DNA from: Octopus vulgaris
Taxonomy: Eukaryota
Length of the DNA: 64,000 nucleotides
Assembly: GCA_951406725.2 (NCBI GenBank)
Contig: OX597838.1
Location: forward strand, 24,614,001-24,678,000
Direction of reading: 5' to 3'
Shown here piece after piece: positions 51,120 through 64,000 of this stretch. Under the pieces are notes generated by a model, which had not been told where the DNA came from, made no database searches, and saw only the letters and a program-made list of their open reading frames with translations. The translations under genes were made by a program, and so were the position numbers. Numbering within the stretch: position 1 is the stretch's first letter; each line of letters starts with the position of its first letter.

Positions 51120-53370
51120 AATATATACATATAAGACAAACAAGCATTTTCTTTCACATATAATAATCATATACATCAGACTCTACACACTTCTACCACA
51201 ATGGTACAGTGACCATTTTCATGTATTTTGAATCAGAAAAACAAAAACAATCATCATATATCATTGTCATTTAACGTCCATCTTTCCTGCTGGCATGGGT
51301 TCAACAGGAACTGATGTACCAGAAGACTGTGTAGTGTTTCAATAACTGCTTGACATGATTTCTAAAGCCAACCATTTTACAGAATGTACTGGATGCTTTT
51401 TCATGGTATAGTACTGGCACCAGTAAGGTGAAGAAGTCACTATATAACTTGTGAGACTAAAGGTCCTCCTTAAACTGAATGGAAGCGTAAAAGAGAAGGA
51501 GGCAGTTTTATGGGAGGGGCTGAGAAACTGAAGAACGACAGAGGTTGCCAAGAACAGGTTTCTTGCTGCAGCAGAGCTACATGGCTACCTTGGATTATAT
51601 AAAAGTAGGTTGGAATAATGAGAGTGAAACTGATAAGAGAGAGAATGAAGAGATATGAGAGCATAACTTAAAGGAACAAGAAGGCGAATAGGAGAGAGAG
51701 TGTGGACAGAAGATGAAAGAGAAGGATGGACAGGTAGGGGATGCAAGAGTGCATGTGGAGAGTGAGAGATGGTCAGAGAAGGGGAGTGAGGGTGTGGATG
51801 AATGTAGTGAACAGTGAATTAGAGTGGAAGGGTGAACAGTGATAAACACGAGTTGGAGTGTGATGAGTTGGGTGAGTTGGGTGTTGGAAGAAACCAACAA
51901 AACTCCTTGTAACACCAAAGATGAACTGAAGACAAAGATTATGGCAGCATTCACCAACTTAAACAAGGAGAACATCTAGAAGAGCTGCAGGAGATTCTGA
52001 AGTCGTCTGGATAACTTAGTTATCATTCAGCTAGTGTTAGGAACATAAATTGTGACTAAGGTTTGGTGGAAGATTTTAATTAAAAACTTATGGAAACAAG
52101 ACATTTGTACTCAGAGTCAGAGCTGGTTTCAGCCAGGTTAGTAACGAAAGAGTTAACAATCACATCATTGAAATCTCAAAGCTACAAGATAATGCATGAT
52201 TAATTCGACTGGCTTCCGTGCAGGTGGCACGTAAAATACATCAATCCGACCGTGGCCGTTGCCAGCCTCGCCTGGCACCTGTGCAGGTGGCACGTAAAAA
52301 GCACCCACTACACTCATGGAGTGGTTGGCGTTAGGAAGGGCATCCAGCTGTAGAAACATTGCCAGATAAGACTGGAGCCTGGTGCAGCCTTCTGGCTTCC
52401 CAGATCCCCGGTCGAACCGTCCAACCCATGCTAGCATGGAGAACAGACGTTAAATGATGATGATGAATGTGAATGAAGAAAAGCATTATATTTGACAGAG
52501 TAATCTGAATGATAAGGAGTTACACTGGCCATATACAGCCAAAATATTCTACCTGTTTTATGATCAAACAGGCCAGATTCAGCCTCTCACACCTACCCTA
52601 CATTGTTATTCTAAAAATAAACAATCACATTATAGAAATCTCAATGCTACGAGATGATTAATTCCAAACAATGTGAATAAATAAGCATTGCTTTTGACAG
52701 AGAAATCTGAATGCTAAAGGGCGAAAGTGAGAATAAGCATAAAAAGAGATAGGCTTTGTTTTTTGCCTGTTTGTTATACGCATTGATAGAACCCATACTT
52801 TCTGTTTAAGGGTTACAGTGAGAATTATGAGTGTGTGTTGTATAGAAAGACTGGCAAAGAATGCAGTGGAATTAGAATGACTGGAGAAAGAGATGGAGTT
52901 GAGTAAGATCTGTTGGTGGTGCCATACTAATAGGAACACAACAAGGATTCCTGAAATTGGATGAATTTAGAAAGCAGTGGTGGATGGCTTCATGAAAATC
53001 ATGAATCAGCATTGCCTGTAGACACACATAATGTGAATGGAGGGCATGGAATTGTTGCAAAAATACTATGAATTGGGTGGAGGTAATTACGTGCTGTAAT
53101 GGGATTGGCCAAAGAAGATTTACAAAGAATCAGTCAGGATAGATATGAGAATGTAGGACCTCACAAATGAGATGGAAATGATGTGAGAGGATGAGAATTT
53201 GCAGAAGATTGTGGTATTGCAGACTTGTGCAACTGATACTTGTAGGGGAAGAAAAACGGATGTTAAAATGACAATGATGATGTTGATGATAATGATGATA
53301 TAACATTTAATTGGGTGATGAAAATGAAGGTGATGATTATGATGCGACAGACGAGAAAGTTGGTACTTGC

Positions 53371-53527
53371 CAGAACAGGGTTTTGTGACAGCAAGTTTGT
53401 AAAGGAAGGGTTCACAAACAGTGTTGATGTGTCTGTCCCTAACAAATTCGATGATGATGGTGGAGATGTGACCACAGGTGCTGCACTGGAGCCAACACTA
53501 CTGCTGCTGCTGCTAATGGTCTTTTTC
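53371..53527 (-). CDS. INO80E: INO80E exon 5 (KKTISSSSSSVG...LSQNPVL), GC donor
   Basis: ttcag acceptor; CTG|GCAAGT donor gives the phase needed for exon 6. Confidence 0.78.
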
Positions 53528-55549
53528 CTGAAATTGAACAGAGCAAGTAATGATTTCTTAGCTAGAGTATGAAATCAAGTAAGGTTACACGTTTCGCTTC
53601 CAGCGCCAACTGCAGGAGAGGAACTCAGGAAACAGATTGTGAAAACGGGTGCTGGAAAGTTCCTGGCTTTGGGTAAAAGAAAATACAAGAGGATCAGTTA
53701 ATTATGATTTTATTCGACACATTCCCCTCTCACATTCACACACTCATTGCAGCAGTCTTTCATTTTTTTCTAAACCCTGTAAAGAACTTGGAAGGTTGAG
53801 CCTCCAACCAGGCCTTTTGCAATACCCTTAAAGCCAGGAACTTTAGCAACCCCTAGTATAGTATATATACTATTTCCTACAACCAGGTTGATCTAATCCT
53901 TGTAAGTGAAAATGGGCAGATGGAAACTATAAAGAAGCTCTTCAGCTTCTCTAATCTGTCCTGCCTTTCAACACTACTGCTTGGAATCGCAAGATGGATT
54001 CTTCAAGCTGAACCAAACCAGTAGGAAACCAAGAACAACATGGTTGGATAACATCCATAATCTCAGTTGGTCATGCTTGGTAATCCAGATGGAAAGTCTG
54101 ACAGGACCCTATTGAGGACCATGACCTTCCCAGCAATAGCATATGGAGAAGACAAATGAATATCTGGCCCTTGGTCACTTTTGGTACAGCCTTTTCTGTT
54201 ATTAGAATCTGAACTTTTAAGCTAGTCTTTGGTCTGGAGATAGCCAATTTGTCATACAGATGGACAGTTCCCAAATACAACAACCCATGAATAACGCTTT
54301 TGTTCTTTTCTTTTCATTTTCCTGTAACCACATTTGGATGAGGTACCCGCAAATAGGCTTTATACCCTACACTTTCTCCTCAAAGTAGGAAAAAAAACTG
54401 AAAATTTAATTGAAATGAATTGAAAAAAATAGGTGCTGGCTTGGTTGTGTGGTAAGAAGCTTGCTTCCTAACCACATGGTTCCGGGTTATAGCTTTCAGT
54501 TGACCAAAGCCTTGTGAGTGGATTTGGGAGACGGAAACTGAAAGAAGCCAATCATATATGTGCACGTGCGTGCACATGTGTATGAATCATTGTGCCCCAC
54601 CCCTCACTGCTTTACAATTGGTGTTGGTGTGTTTAAGTCACAGTAACTTAGCGGTCTGGCAAAAGAAACTGACAGAATAAGCACTAGGCTTAGAAATAAA
54701 ATAAGTCCTGGAATCGATTCTTTGGACTAAAACCTTTCAAAGGCGGTGCTCCAGTATGGCCTCAGTCAACTGACTGAAACAAGTAAAAGACTAAAATCAC
54801 AGAGGTGTACCCATCAGGCTATGAAAGGGATCTGACCCAAGACTGTATGTTGAAGCTAAAACAAATACAGCAGGGACATGTGTTAACCATTAAAAAGCAC
54901 ACAAGGACTGTTTCAACCGGTGGTCCTCAACCAGGGTCCACGCAAAGAAAATAGTAAATTGGGGACCCACCATAGTATTTTAAGGGTCCATAGAATAATT
55001 TTGCTTTAGATGGCAATCTGCAGTACTTGAGAAGACACGTCAAGCTAAGTAGAATCGGGGCCATCCATCTGTACATATAAGCATGTCCTTTATGGCAATG
55101 TCCCCACTCCCTCTCCCTGCTGAGAAATCTTTTTCTTGCAGGTGTCCGTGTCACGTGTAATGCACCTGTGCTTTAGATGGCGATCTGCAGTACTTGAGGA
55201 GACATGCCAAACTCAGAAAAATTAGGGCCATCCATACATGTCAGCAAGTCCTTCGTAGCAATGTCCCCACTCCTGCTCCCAGCGGAGAAGTCTTTTTCTT
55301 GCAGGTGTCAGTGCCGGTGTCACATGTAATGCACTTGTGCTGGTGGTGTGTAAATGCACCAGAGCCAGTGACATGTCAGAAGCACCCAGTATACCCTGTA
55401 AAATGGTTGGCGTCCAGCCATAGAAACCATGTCAAAACAGACAAGTAGAGCTTGGGCAGCTCTCCAGCTGCCGAGCTCCTGTCTAATTGTCCGACCCATA
55501 CCAGCATGGAATATGGACGTTAAACAATGATGATGACGATGATGATGTA

Positions 55550-56462
55550 CAAGGAGGTACCAAAAAGGAACTGGAAATGTTCTCTGAGGGACAAGCCTAT
55601 TGTAGTTCAGGCCTCTGCCTCTAGAAGCCACTTGATGCGACCCTCAAGCATCAGCCTGCCGACCGGCAGTACGACCCATGTCTTGGGTCGTATTGCCACA
55701 TGGTGCGTCTTTGCTTTGCAGTGTTTCTCCCTTGTTTGTTGATTTTTGCAATGGCTGAAATGAAGAAACAGTATGCTTCTGTGAAATTCTGTTTTCTGCT
55801 GAGGAAAACAGTGGCTGAAACAGCTTTCATGCTTCAAACAGCTTACAAGGAAGCTACCACGAACAAAACACAAGTTTATGTGTGGTTTTCACGCTTTAGG
55901 AATGGTCACTTGTCTCTTGAAGACCAACCTCATGCAGGGCAATCGTCAACCTCCTGAATGAATGCAAAAATCATGAAAATTTATAAACTGATCTTGTAGG
56001 ACCATTGCCAAACAATTGATGACCCTGCTGATATAATCTGTGTGTCCTGGAGCTCCTGCCAAAGAATTTTGAGTGAGGAATTGTGAATGAAGAGGGCTGC
56101 AGCAACATTTGTGCTTGCTTGGTTACGGAAGATCAAAAGCAGTCACGACTGAATGCGTTTTGTGAACTGAAAAAAAAAACAGTTGAAAGTTGATTCACAC
56201 CCATTTTGTCCCTCTCAATATAAAAAGTCCTTAGAGGAAAATGTTTTGCGAATGTGGAAGAGGTGAAAACAAAATTGACAGAGGCCTTAAAAGGCATCAC
56301 TTTGCAAGAGTTCCAGGAATGCTTTGAACAATGGAAAACGCATCTGGACCGATAAATTGCTTCAAATCGAGAATACTCTGAATGTTATAAACATGTAAAC
56401 ATGGAAAACTAAGTGAATAAAATAATATTGCAAAATTCTGGTTTCTTTTGAGTACCCCTTTG
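55550..56462 (+). mobile_element. Internally deleted mariner element with both TIRs
   Basis: TA-flanked TIRs; VKFCFLLRKT..TQVYVWFSRF transposase N-terminus. Confidence 0.85.
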
Positions 56463-56905
56463 TATTTATGGCAAAAAAAACCCAGCTAAATTTCTTTCTT
56501 TAACATTTTATATCCAAAATAGTAATTCTGAAAGACTTATCAATAAATTTTAATTTTTAAACACCGGATAACTATGGGTAGTTCACCAGAATAAAACAGT
56601 AATCAAAGGGGTCCATAGACAAAAAGATGGTTGAGAACTCCTGCTTTAAACATTTATCACTTGGTGCCAAAATTTCGTTGCAACAGTTGTGAGTTGTCAC
56701 TGACGCGATTTCACTGAATCTCACTGCATGCATGTCTTTTGAGATGAAGTGAAACCACATCTGCAACCAGATCGCAGTATTTGAAGAACAAAAATTACCA
56801 ACACCAAATAATAGATATCAAAGTGAAGTCAACAGTGTTTGTGCGGTTTCCAACGACTAATACAAGAGCTTCCCACACTCGAATAGAAGAAAGAATTTCA
56901 TTTAC

Positions 56906-57025
56906 TTTTTCGTCACAATGCTTTCTCTGTTTATTTCTATGTCGCTCTCACTCGATGCTGTCGCGTCGGAGTCGCCCGATGAGTCGTTGATATTTTCATA
57001 TGATAATAGACGATCCAACAGGAAA
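56906..57025 (-). CDS. INO80E: INO80E exon 4 ([27 protein letters not shown]...)
   Basis: Matches human [25 protein letters not shown]; canonical sites. Confidence 0.93.
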
Positions 57026-57795
57026 CTGAAACAAACAAACATCAACACTGCAAACCTTGACGAAATGATCAACATTCAGCATTATAAGCAGAAAGACAAT
57101 CAAAAGCACAAATGTGTGTCCATATATGTATACATACATACATACATATATCCAACCCATGCCAGCATGGAAAACGGACATTAAATGATGATGATGATAT
57201 ATAAATATATATATATATATATTTGGCATTAGGAAGGGCATCCAGCTGTAGAAACACTGCCAGATCTGACTGGCCTGGTGCAGCCTTCGGGCTCCCCAGA
57301 CCCCAGTTGAACCGTCCAACCCATGCTAGCATGGAAAGCGGACGTTAAACGATGATGATATATATATATATATATGTGTGTGTGTATGTATGTATTTTTA
57401 GTTTAGTATACTTAAATTATTATACATTTTCTATAAATCTTCTCTATTGATGTAAATAAGGTATATATACTTTATCATGTTTTTAGTAATTATGTTATTT
57501 TATTCCTTTTCTATGGTGTTCTGTCTGACCTGATTATTCTAACCCATAAGAAAGTCATTCACAATGTTTTCTCATGGAGAAAATTTCTCAGTGTAGACAA
57601 ATGGTGTAAATACACCAGAATCAGCTTGCAGCATTACATGCCCTGAGTGCGAGATGCAAGCATTTTGGAGTGGTTATCTGCTCTTCAGTCACAGAAACCC
57701 AGACAGGGTGTGCTGCTGGTAAACATTACAGTACAGAGCCATGCATATACATTTATAACATAAGTTTCAAAATAAAATGTGAACAAGATGATTAC

Positions 57796-57866
57796 TTTTT
57801 GTCCCTGGAAACTTTCAGAAGTTTTCTTTGGGCCCTTCGCAATTCTTCAAGGAAACATTCTTGTTC
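57796..57866 (-). CDS. INO80E: INO80E exon 3 ([23 protein letters not shown])
   Basis: Matches human [23 protein letters not shown]. Confidence 0.95.
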
Positions 57867-58020
57867 CTGTTGATAGAAAATGATAAGTGAAGATCAGATT
57901 TTATGAAATTAGTTTACACACACAAACATTATGTCTTACACACATTCTCCTTCCAAGTGTCTTCCTGTCAGTTTCACCAAGCCTGTAACAACAAGAGCTC
58001 CCCTAACTCTTGTCAATTAA

Positions 58021-58239
58021 CCCTTTAGTGTTCAGATTACTCTGTTAAATGTAATATTTTTTTACTCAAATTGTTTTTAATTAATCCTGCATTATCTTAT
58101 AGCTTTTGAGGTTTCAATGAGGTGATTGTTTATTTTTAGACTGTCAATGTAGGTTAGGTGTGAGAGGCCATTTATCGACAATTTGAATATAAAACATAGA
58201 ATATTTGGGCCGGATATGGCCGGTTTAAACACTAAAGGG
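58021..58239. mobile_element. piggyBac-type MITE (TTAA-CCCTTTAG...CTAAAGGG-TTAA); relatives near 23005, 41980, 42515, 52130-52720, 58356, 59430
   Basis: TTAA TSD and short TIRs, several copies. Confidence 0.85.
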
Positions 58240-58285
58240 TTAATGCAAGTGTGCCCCAACCAGATGTAGCAACACCCAATTAGAT

Positions 58286-58738
58286 AGGTGGTTCTAAACT
58301 GGGGTCCATATATGACCTTTGAAGGTCCATAGAAGATTTTATCATCAAAATTTAAGCCTTTAGCATTCAGATTACTGTCAAATGTAATTCTTATTGATTC
58401 ACATTGTTTTGAATTAACCATGCATTATCTCATGGCCCTGAGATTTCAAAAATGCGATTGTTTATTCTGAGAATGACATTGCAAGGAAGAGTTAAGAGGC
58501 CTGATCTGGCTGGTTTGAACATAAAACAAGAAAAATATTCAGGCTGGATATAGCTGGTTCAAATGCTAAAGGGTTAATGTACAATAAACCAGTTACACTT
58601 CTACAACACAGTTCCAATTAATATCTAATTTTAAAAATACAGTATGAATTTTTTAAAACATCAAATGTTATGAGGGTCCACCCAGGTAAAATAGTTATCA
58701 ATAGGGGTCCACTGGTGAAAAAGGGTTGAGAACCACTG
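58286..58738. mobile_element. hAT (Charlie-like) MITE with a piggyBac MITE nested at 58356-58573; relatives near 45948, 47557, 54917, 56575
   Basis: Termini resembling CAGTGGTTCTCAACC / GGTTGAGAACCACTG. Confidence 0.72.
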
Positions 58739-59326
58739 AGATAGACGGACAGGGCCAACAAGAGCTAAGTAGTTTTGTCCTCGATACAGCAGTGGGTTCA
58801 GTCCCACCGTGTGGCACCTCAGGCAAGTATCTTCTACTATAGCCTCGGGCTAACAAGAGCCTTGAGTAGATTTGGTAAATGGAAACTGAACAAAGCCCGA
58901 TGTAATGTATGTGTGTGTATCTTGGTGTCTGTACCTCAGCATCACTTGACAAATGGTGTTGGTGTGTTTATGTCACCGTAACTTAGCAGTTTGGCAAAAA
59001 AGACTGATAGAATAAGTACCAGGTTTAAAAAAAAAATAACTACTGGGGTTGATTCATTCGACTGAAAACATTTTTCAAGGCGGTGCCCCAGGATGCCCAC
59101 AGTCTAATGACTGAACCAAATAAAAGATAAAAGATGACAAAAAAAACAAACAACACCTAAAAAAAACTCCAACTCCTTCACTATCTGGAACAAGAAATTC
59201 ATTTCATTTTCATTTTATCTAGTTTCAGCTCACGAGCTGTGGCCATGCTGGGGCACCGCCATTGTTGATCAAAAACATATAAAAGTGAAGAAATCTCAAA
59301 ACCATAATAATAAGTGAAGCACTTAC

Positions 59327-59403
59327 ATAAACCAAGAACTTTAACTTGCTTTTCAAATTCTTGTATTTTCGTTTGTAATCAACCTGGTGATCAATTGCAT
59401 TGT
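59327..59403 (-). CDS. INO80E: INO80E exon 2 (NAIDHQVDYKRKYKNLKSKLKFLVY)
   Basis: Matches human VDYKKKYRNLKRKLKFLIY; canonical sites. Confidence 0.95.
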
Positions 59404-60920
59404 CTGTAAAAAATGAGAAGCATTCATCTTTAACTCTTTAGCATTTGAAATGACCATATTCCATCAAAATAACCTACCTGTTTTATCCTCACACTGGCCA
59501 GATCCAGTCTATCACACTTATCCTACAATATTAATCTTTTATATTTTTACATGTTTCAGCCCTACGGCTGTGGCCATGCTGGGGCACTCCCAGTGAAAAA
59601 AAAAAATCAAAAGCTTCCCATGAGATTTGAACCCACATCTCTTGTGGACATGTCAGATGTTCTATCATTCTGTAAGTAATATTACACCCCCCACCATCAA
59701 GTAATATTCTAAAAAATAAACAATCTTTGAAATCTCAAAGCTACAAGTTAATGCATCATGATCATCATTTAACGTCCGCTGTGCATGCTGGTGTGGGTTG
59801 GATGATTTCACTAGGGCTGAGGGGCTGCACCAGACACCAGTCTGATTTGGCATGGTTTCTAAAACTGGATGGCCTTCCTTACGCCAAACACTCCAAGAGT
59901 GTAATGCGTGCTTTTACATGCCAGTTGCATGACACCAGTACAATTTCACCTGGCTTGATGGGTCTTCTTCCCAAGCACGCCAAATTCTTTTCTACTCAAG
60001 GCACAAGGCCTGAAAATTTTGGGGGAGAGGACCAGTCAATTAGACTGACCCCAGTACACAACTGGTATTTAATTTATCGACCCCCGAAAAGATGAAAGGC
60101 AAAATCAACCTCGGCGTGTGTGTGTTCTGTTTAATTTGGAAAATAATCAAGAATTTTATGGAGTTTTCTACAATAACTCACTCAATATTTAGGATAGAAA
60201 GTGTTTGCAACATCGCAAAAGATAGATAAAATGTTATGATGGAAAGGGGTTTAACTTTAGAAACGAAATTTTTAGCTGGACAGTTTTGTGTCATAGAAAC
60301 GAGCCAGAGGTCACTCTACCTGCTAGAAATCACATCTAAATAGCTTTCAAATCAAACCCTATCTTTAAACAAGGCAGAACACATTGACTGTAGTCCTTGA
60401 CACTTGTTAAAACACGGGATGGTCATAACTGGAATGGTTTTGATCATAGGTCTGTTCAATCAGGGTACACCCTGGGTTCAACAACAACTGTAGGTTGCAG
60501 TAACACAGGTCCTCCACCTCATCATCATCATCGTTTAACGTTCGCTTTCCATGCTAGCATGGGTTGGATGATACAGTTGTTTTTTTTTTTTGTTTTTTTT
60601 CATAGATTAAAAGTTTGGGTGCATCTAATACATGGTATTATTTAGGGTGGATATAAGGTGGCAATCTGGCAGAATTGATAGCATGCCAGACAAAATGCCT
60701 TGTAATAATTTCATTGTCTTTACGTTCCATCGTAGTTGACTTTGTCTTTTCTCCTTTCAGGCTCATCGAAATAAGTACCAGTCAAACACTAGGGGTCATC
60801 AGGTCATGGATCATTTGGTGCAGGGACACACAGAATATATTTTAAAATCATATTTGTGTGTGTGTGTGTGTATACTCAACAAGCAGGAATGTGAACACCT
60901 AAATGTATATCTTTAGCCAA

Positions 60921-61000
60921 CTCTGACGAGATTCAACTTCTAAATGGTTTTAATTATGGTAATTAATTTATAAAGGTCTGGAATCGAAACAGCTGTAAGA
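60921..61000 (+). ncRNA. Hammerhead ribozyme motif (type I, palindromic stem III)
   Basis: ct-CTGACGA-gattc[loop]gaatc-GAAA-cagct-GTA-aga. Confidence 0.6.
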
Positions 61001-62028
61001 TATGATGTCTAATTTTCAAATTAATAAATATTTATTATCTCTATTTACTTATCTTCTTAAAATGTGTCCCTCCACCCACTCAACATCAAGCTGCGTTTTA
61101 CATACACAAGGAACGGGTCTAGGTTAATGGTAATTGAAGGTTCATGAGACGGGTTTGCTAAAACTGGGGTGCGTCTTGTAAGTCGCTAATTATTTGATTT
61201 TGTTTTTATTGCTGTGATTCAAGGGCATAAATGTATTTGACAGGGGCTTAACTTTTATCGAATCCGTTACGATGAAAAGCTCGGTCATATATTGGCAGGG
61301 TTAAAACGCAGACTCAGAACCGAACTAAAATAATCGCAACACACTTTTACTTGCCGCTCTACCGATTTTGGGAATTCACAACCCTTTATAAGGGACATAT
61401 TAACAGCTTTCTTTTTGCACACGAAGAATCCCACCACCATCACCAGCATTACCGAACAGAAAATAGAAAGCAGATTCGGGTATGCCTCGCTGCAAGGGAT
61501 ATTATTAGCAACGTATGTAGCTTGAAATCTAATTGCAAGCACATTTCGTCGAGATACATGGGTGATTTGGTTAAACTATAAATAAATCTAGTATATTATG
61601 AAGTTTACTGAACCCGGAGATAAGATTTAAAAGTCGAAATCAGCGGGATTCGAATTTAGGGCAGAGGCACATCAAACGTCGGGTACCACAAAATAACGAA
61701 TAAAGCTCATTACTATTATCATGGGTTATCTTGTCGGGGTAGGATTTGATCTTGTGCGCGCGCGTGTATGTATGTATATATATATATATATGCACTGGCA
61801 TTTCGTTTATTGGTAGGGAAAAAATAAAGAGACCAATTTGGCACTGGTGAGGGCTGAACTTAGAAAGAATGAAACAGTGTTATATAAGGGGTAAAGAAAA
61901 AAAAATAGATAAGTCACGTTCCTTAGCGAGTGCACGATCACTATTGTCAATAACGGCAAATGTCAAGAGAGTCAAAAGCAGTCAATAATGCAGAGAATAA
62001 GAAATGAAGAAACAAATGCATTATATAC

Positions 62029-62074
62029 CTGTGTTTGTCACTGTTGCCGCACTGGAAGCGGAAACAGGCATCAT
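62029..62074 (-). CDS. INO80E: INO80E exon 1 (MMPVSASSAATVTNT)
   Basis: ATG in ataATG context, G|gtatat donor in phase 1 joining exon 2. Confidence 0.75.
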
Positions 62075-62139
62075 TATTGGTTGAAAAGTGAACTTTTTAA
62101 CAATCTAAATGTGATAACAGAAAAATCAACCAAAAATGC

Positions 62140-62277
62140 AAACAGAGCGGTTGCGAACTACGTCACGGCAACATTACAGTTAACTTCCGTTTCCGACAGT
62201 GAGCACCGCTGAAACTAATTTGATTAAAACGTCATCAGTTTGTGTCTTTCTTTTTAGCCACTACCTGGAATGTAAGT
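62140..62277. promoter_or_regulatory. Probable bidirectional promoter (ETS-like ACTTCCG/TTCCG, half-CRE ACGTCA) with + strand donor at 62272
   Basis: CpG-rich segment upstream of INO80E ATG; gaat|gtaagt on + strand. Confidence 0.55.
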
Positions 62278-62701
62278 AAAATGGTTGTTTATATGTCTCC
62301 TTATAAATCCACTTTAATCGTGGCTTTTAGCCTTAAATTTATTTTCATCATCAAGAGAAAAGTAACATGAAAGATGTTTATTTCCGTTTCTATGCTTTAT
62401 TATTTAGATTACTCATGCAAAATTGATATTATTACATGTTTTTCTCCTCTAACTCAAATTTTCATAAATGGCGATAGATTCATTTGTTAGAAGCACATGA
62501 GTTTTTTTTTTTTTTCAAGAATCGTGTCTACATTCATTTACTATTTAGTAACTTTGTTCTTAGGAACATAACACTTTCCACATAATTCCCATGTAATGAA
62601 CCTATTTCCACATGGGTTACATTCACGTGTATGTGTGTCTGTCCTCGTTAAATATATTTTCTCCCTCCTCCTTTCCCGTCGTGTCATTTTTCACCGTTCA
62701 G

Positions 62702-62750
62702 AGCTTGATGCCTCTCGTACATATTGTTAAAATGCGGACAGAAACATTTT
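62702..62750 (+). other. Candidate exon of an unidentified divergent gene (ATGs at 62708 and 62732: MPLVHIVKMRTETF)
   Basis: ttcag acceptor and gtaagt donor only. Confidence 0.35.
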
Positions 62751-62957
62751 GTAAGTTTATAAATTTCCAATGGAGGGAGAGCTATTCATTTTATTATTGT
62801 AATATCGACAAACTGAAACTGGCCTCGAGCAATATAAGCTATATTAACCAACCGAATGTGGACATAGGTATATATACATATATATATATATACATACATA
62901 CATATATATATATTTATATACATATATATACATACATATATATATTTATATACATAT

Positions 62958-62990
<33 letters not shown>

Positions 62991-64000
62991 CATGCATAAT
63001 ATATATATATAGGACTATAATCCAAATTGTGTTCTCATCTGCATATTCCAGCTATTATACATGTGTAGAACCATATACTTACACAGATATACTCCGCTCG
63101 TGTTGCCTCTAATTATTTTTAGGGGTTAATGTTAAGCTTTTTAGGCCCTAAGGTACGAATATCGTATACATTCATCACTGTCTCCTGTTGTTAGGGCTCC
63201 TTAAAGACTGAGTGGAATTCGAACCAACGCGAGGAGCCTCAGGTGCTCGACATCGTCTTCAAAATTTAAAGACGAGTAAGGCAATGAATAATACAAATGT
63301 GTGGTCTATAAAAATAAACAAGATTAGTTGGTCATGGTTGGAGCGTCGCTCATTTACGATTTTCAGTTCGTCCAGTTTTTAATAATTTGAACGTATACTA
63401 TTTATGTGTTCAGAAATATTGCTTTTTGTTTTTAACCACGGGCATTTTCTATGTAATAGCTGTTTAACACATGGTCAACCATCAATAAGCTGACCCATGA
63501 CCAAAAAAATAAAGCATCCAGACGCGATCACTCCCGGTTTTTTTTTCCTTGAAGCAGTGTCTTTATATATTTATATATATCTAATGTTTTCAAGAGAATA
63601 CGGTGATATTTCAAGGACATTGGCTACTATTTCTCGCCGATAAGGTGAGTACGTTGAGGCCTCTCGTTGGTTTGTTGTAGTAATTTCAAATCGAAGCCAT
63701 GGTAAAGTATTAACTCATCGTGTGGTTAAGAACTTCATAATCGCATGGCTTCGGGATCAGTCGCTTAAACGCATCATTGTGTTTACATTTTGTGCTTCTC
63801 CCAAAACCGATAAGCTACAAACAGTGCCGTTGTGGTCAACAAGTTTGCTTGGGGGCCTTGAAATTAGCGATCCCTTACTTCAAAACACGGGTATGGGTTA
63901 ATGGCAGGAAACACATCCGCTTATAAAACAGGGTCTCCATGACATATTCGTTTAATTTATTCCAGCAAGTAAAACTGAATGAACGAACATTTGTGTTGGT

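Noticed and set aside
63203-63240. tRNA gene on minus strand (gcgttggttcgaattccact)
   Set aside because: Only a T-arm-like piece; no full cloverleaf visible. SINE heads elsewhere are likewise not tRNA genes

Overview
AT-rich, microsatellite- and SINE-dense eukaryotic genomic DNA, most likely from an octopus (inferred from the SINE repertoire, not verified). Four protein-coding genes were reconstructed by hand with consistent splice phases. (1) The first 9 coding exons of ciliary WD40 gene CFAP251/WDR66 (minus, 12408 to <807, running off the left edge), with an RFX X-box plus forkhead site upstream and one GC-AG intron. (2) ADAT2 with an intronless CDS (18325-18849, +). (3) An uncharacterised 7-exon gene (24293-40940, +, about 567 aa) with two Castor-like C2H2C2H2 zinc fingers, a coiled coil, SIM-like motifs and a C-terminal NLS. 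(4) INO80E (8 exons, 62074 to 43221, minus, 262 aa, one GC-AG intron), probably sharing a bidirectional promoter with a + strand gene near 62.2 kb. The rest holds several SINE families, CR1- and RTE-clade LINE fragments, decayed mariner/Tc1/maT transposons, mariner-, piggyBac- and hAT-type MITEs, a Helentron-like piece, a probable solo LTR, fold-back repeats, and Penelope-like remnants with minimal hammerhead ribozyme motifs. No prokaryotic-type system (CRISPR etc.) is supported. Exon coordinates were counted by hand; repeat boundaries are approximate.
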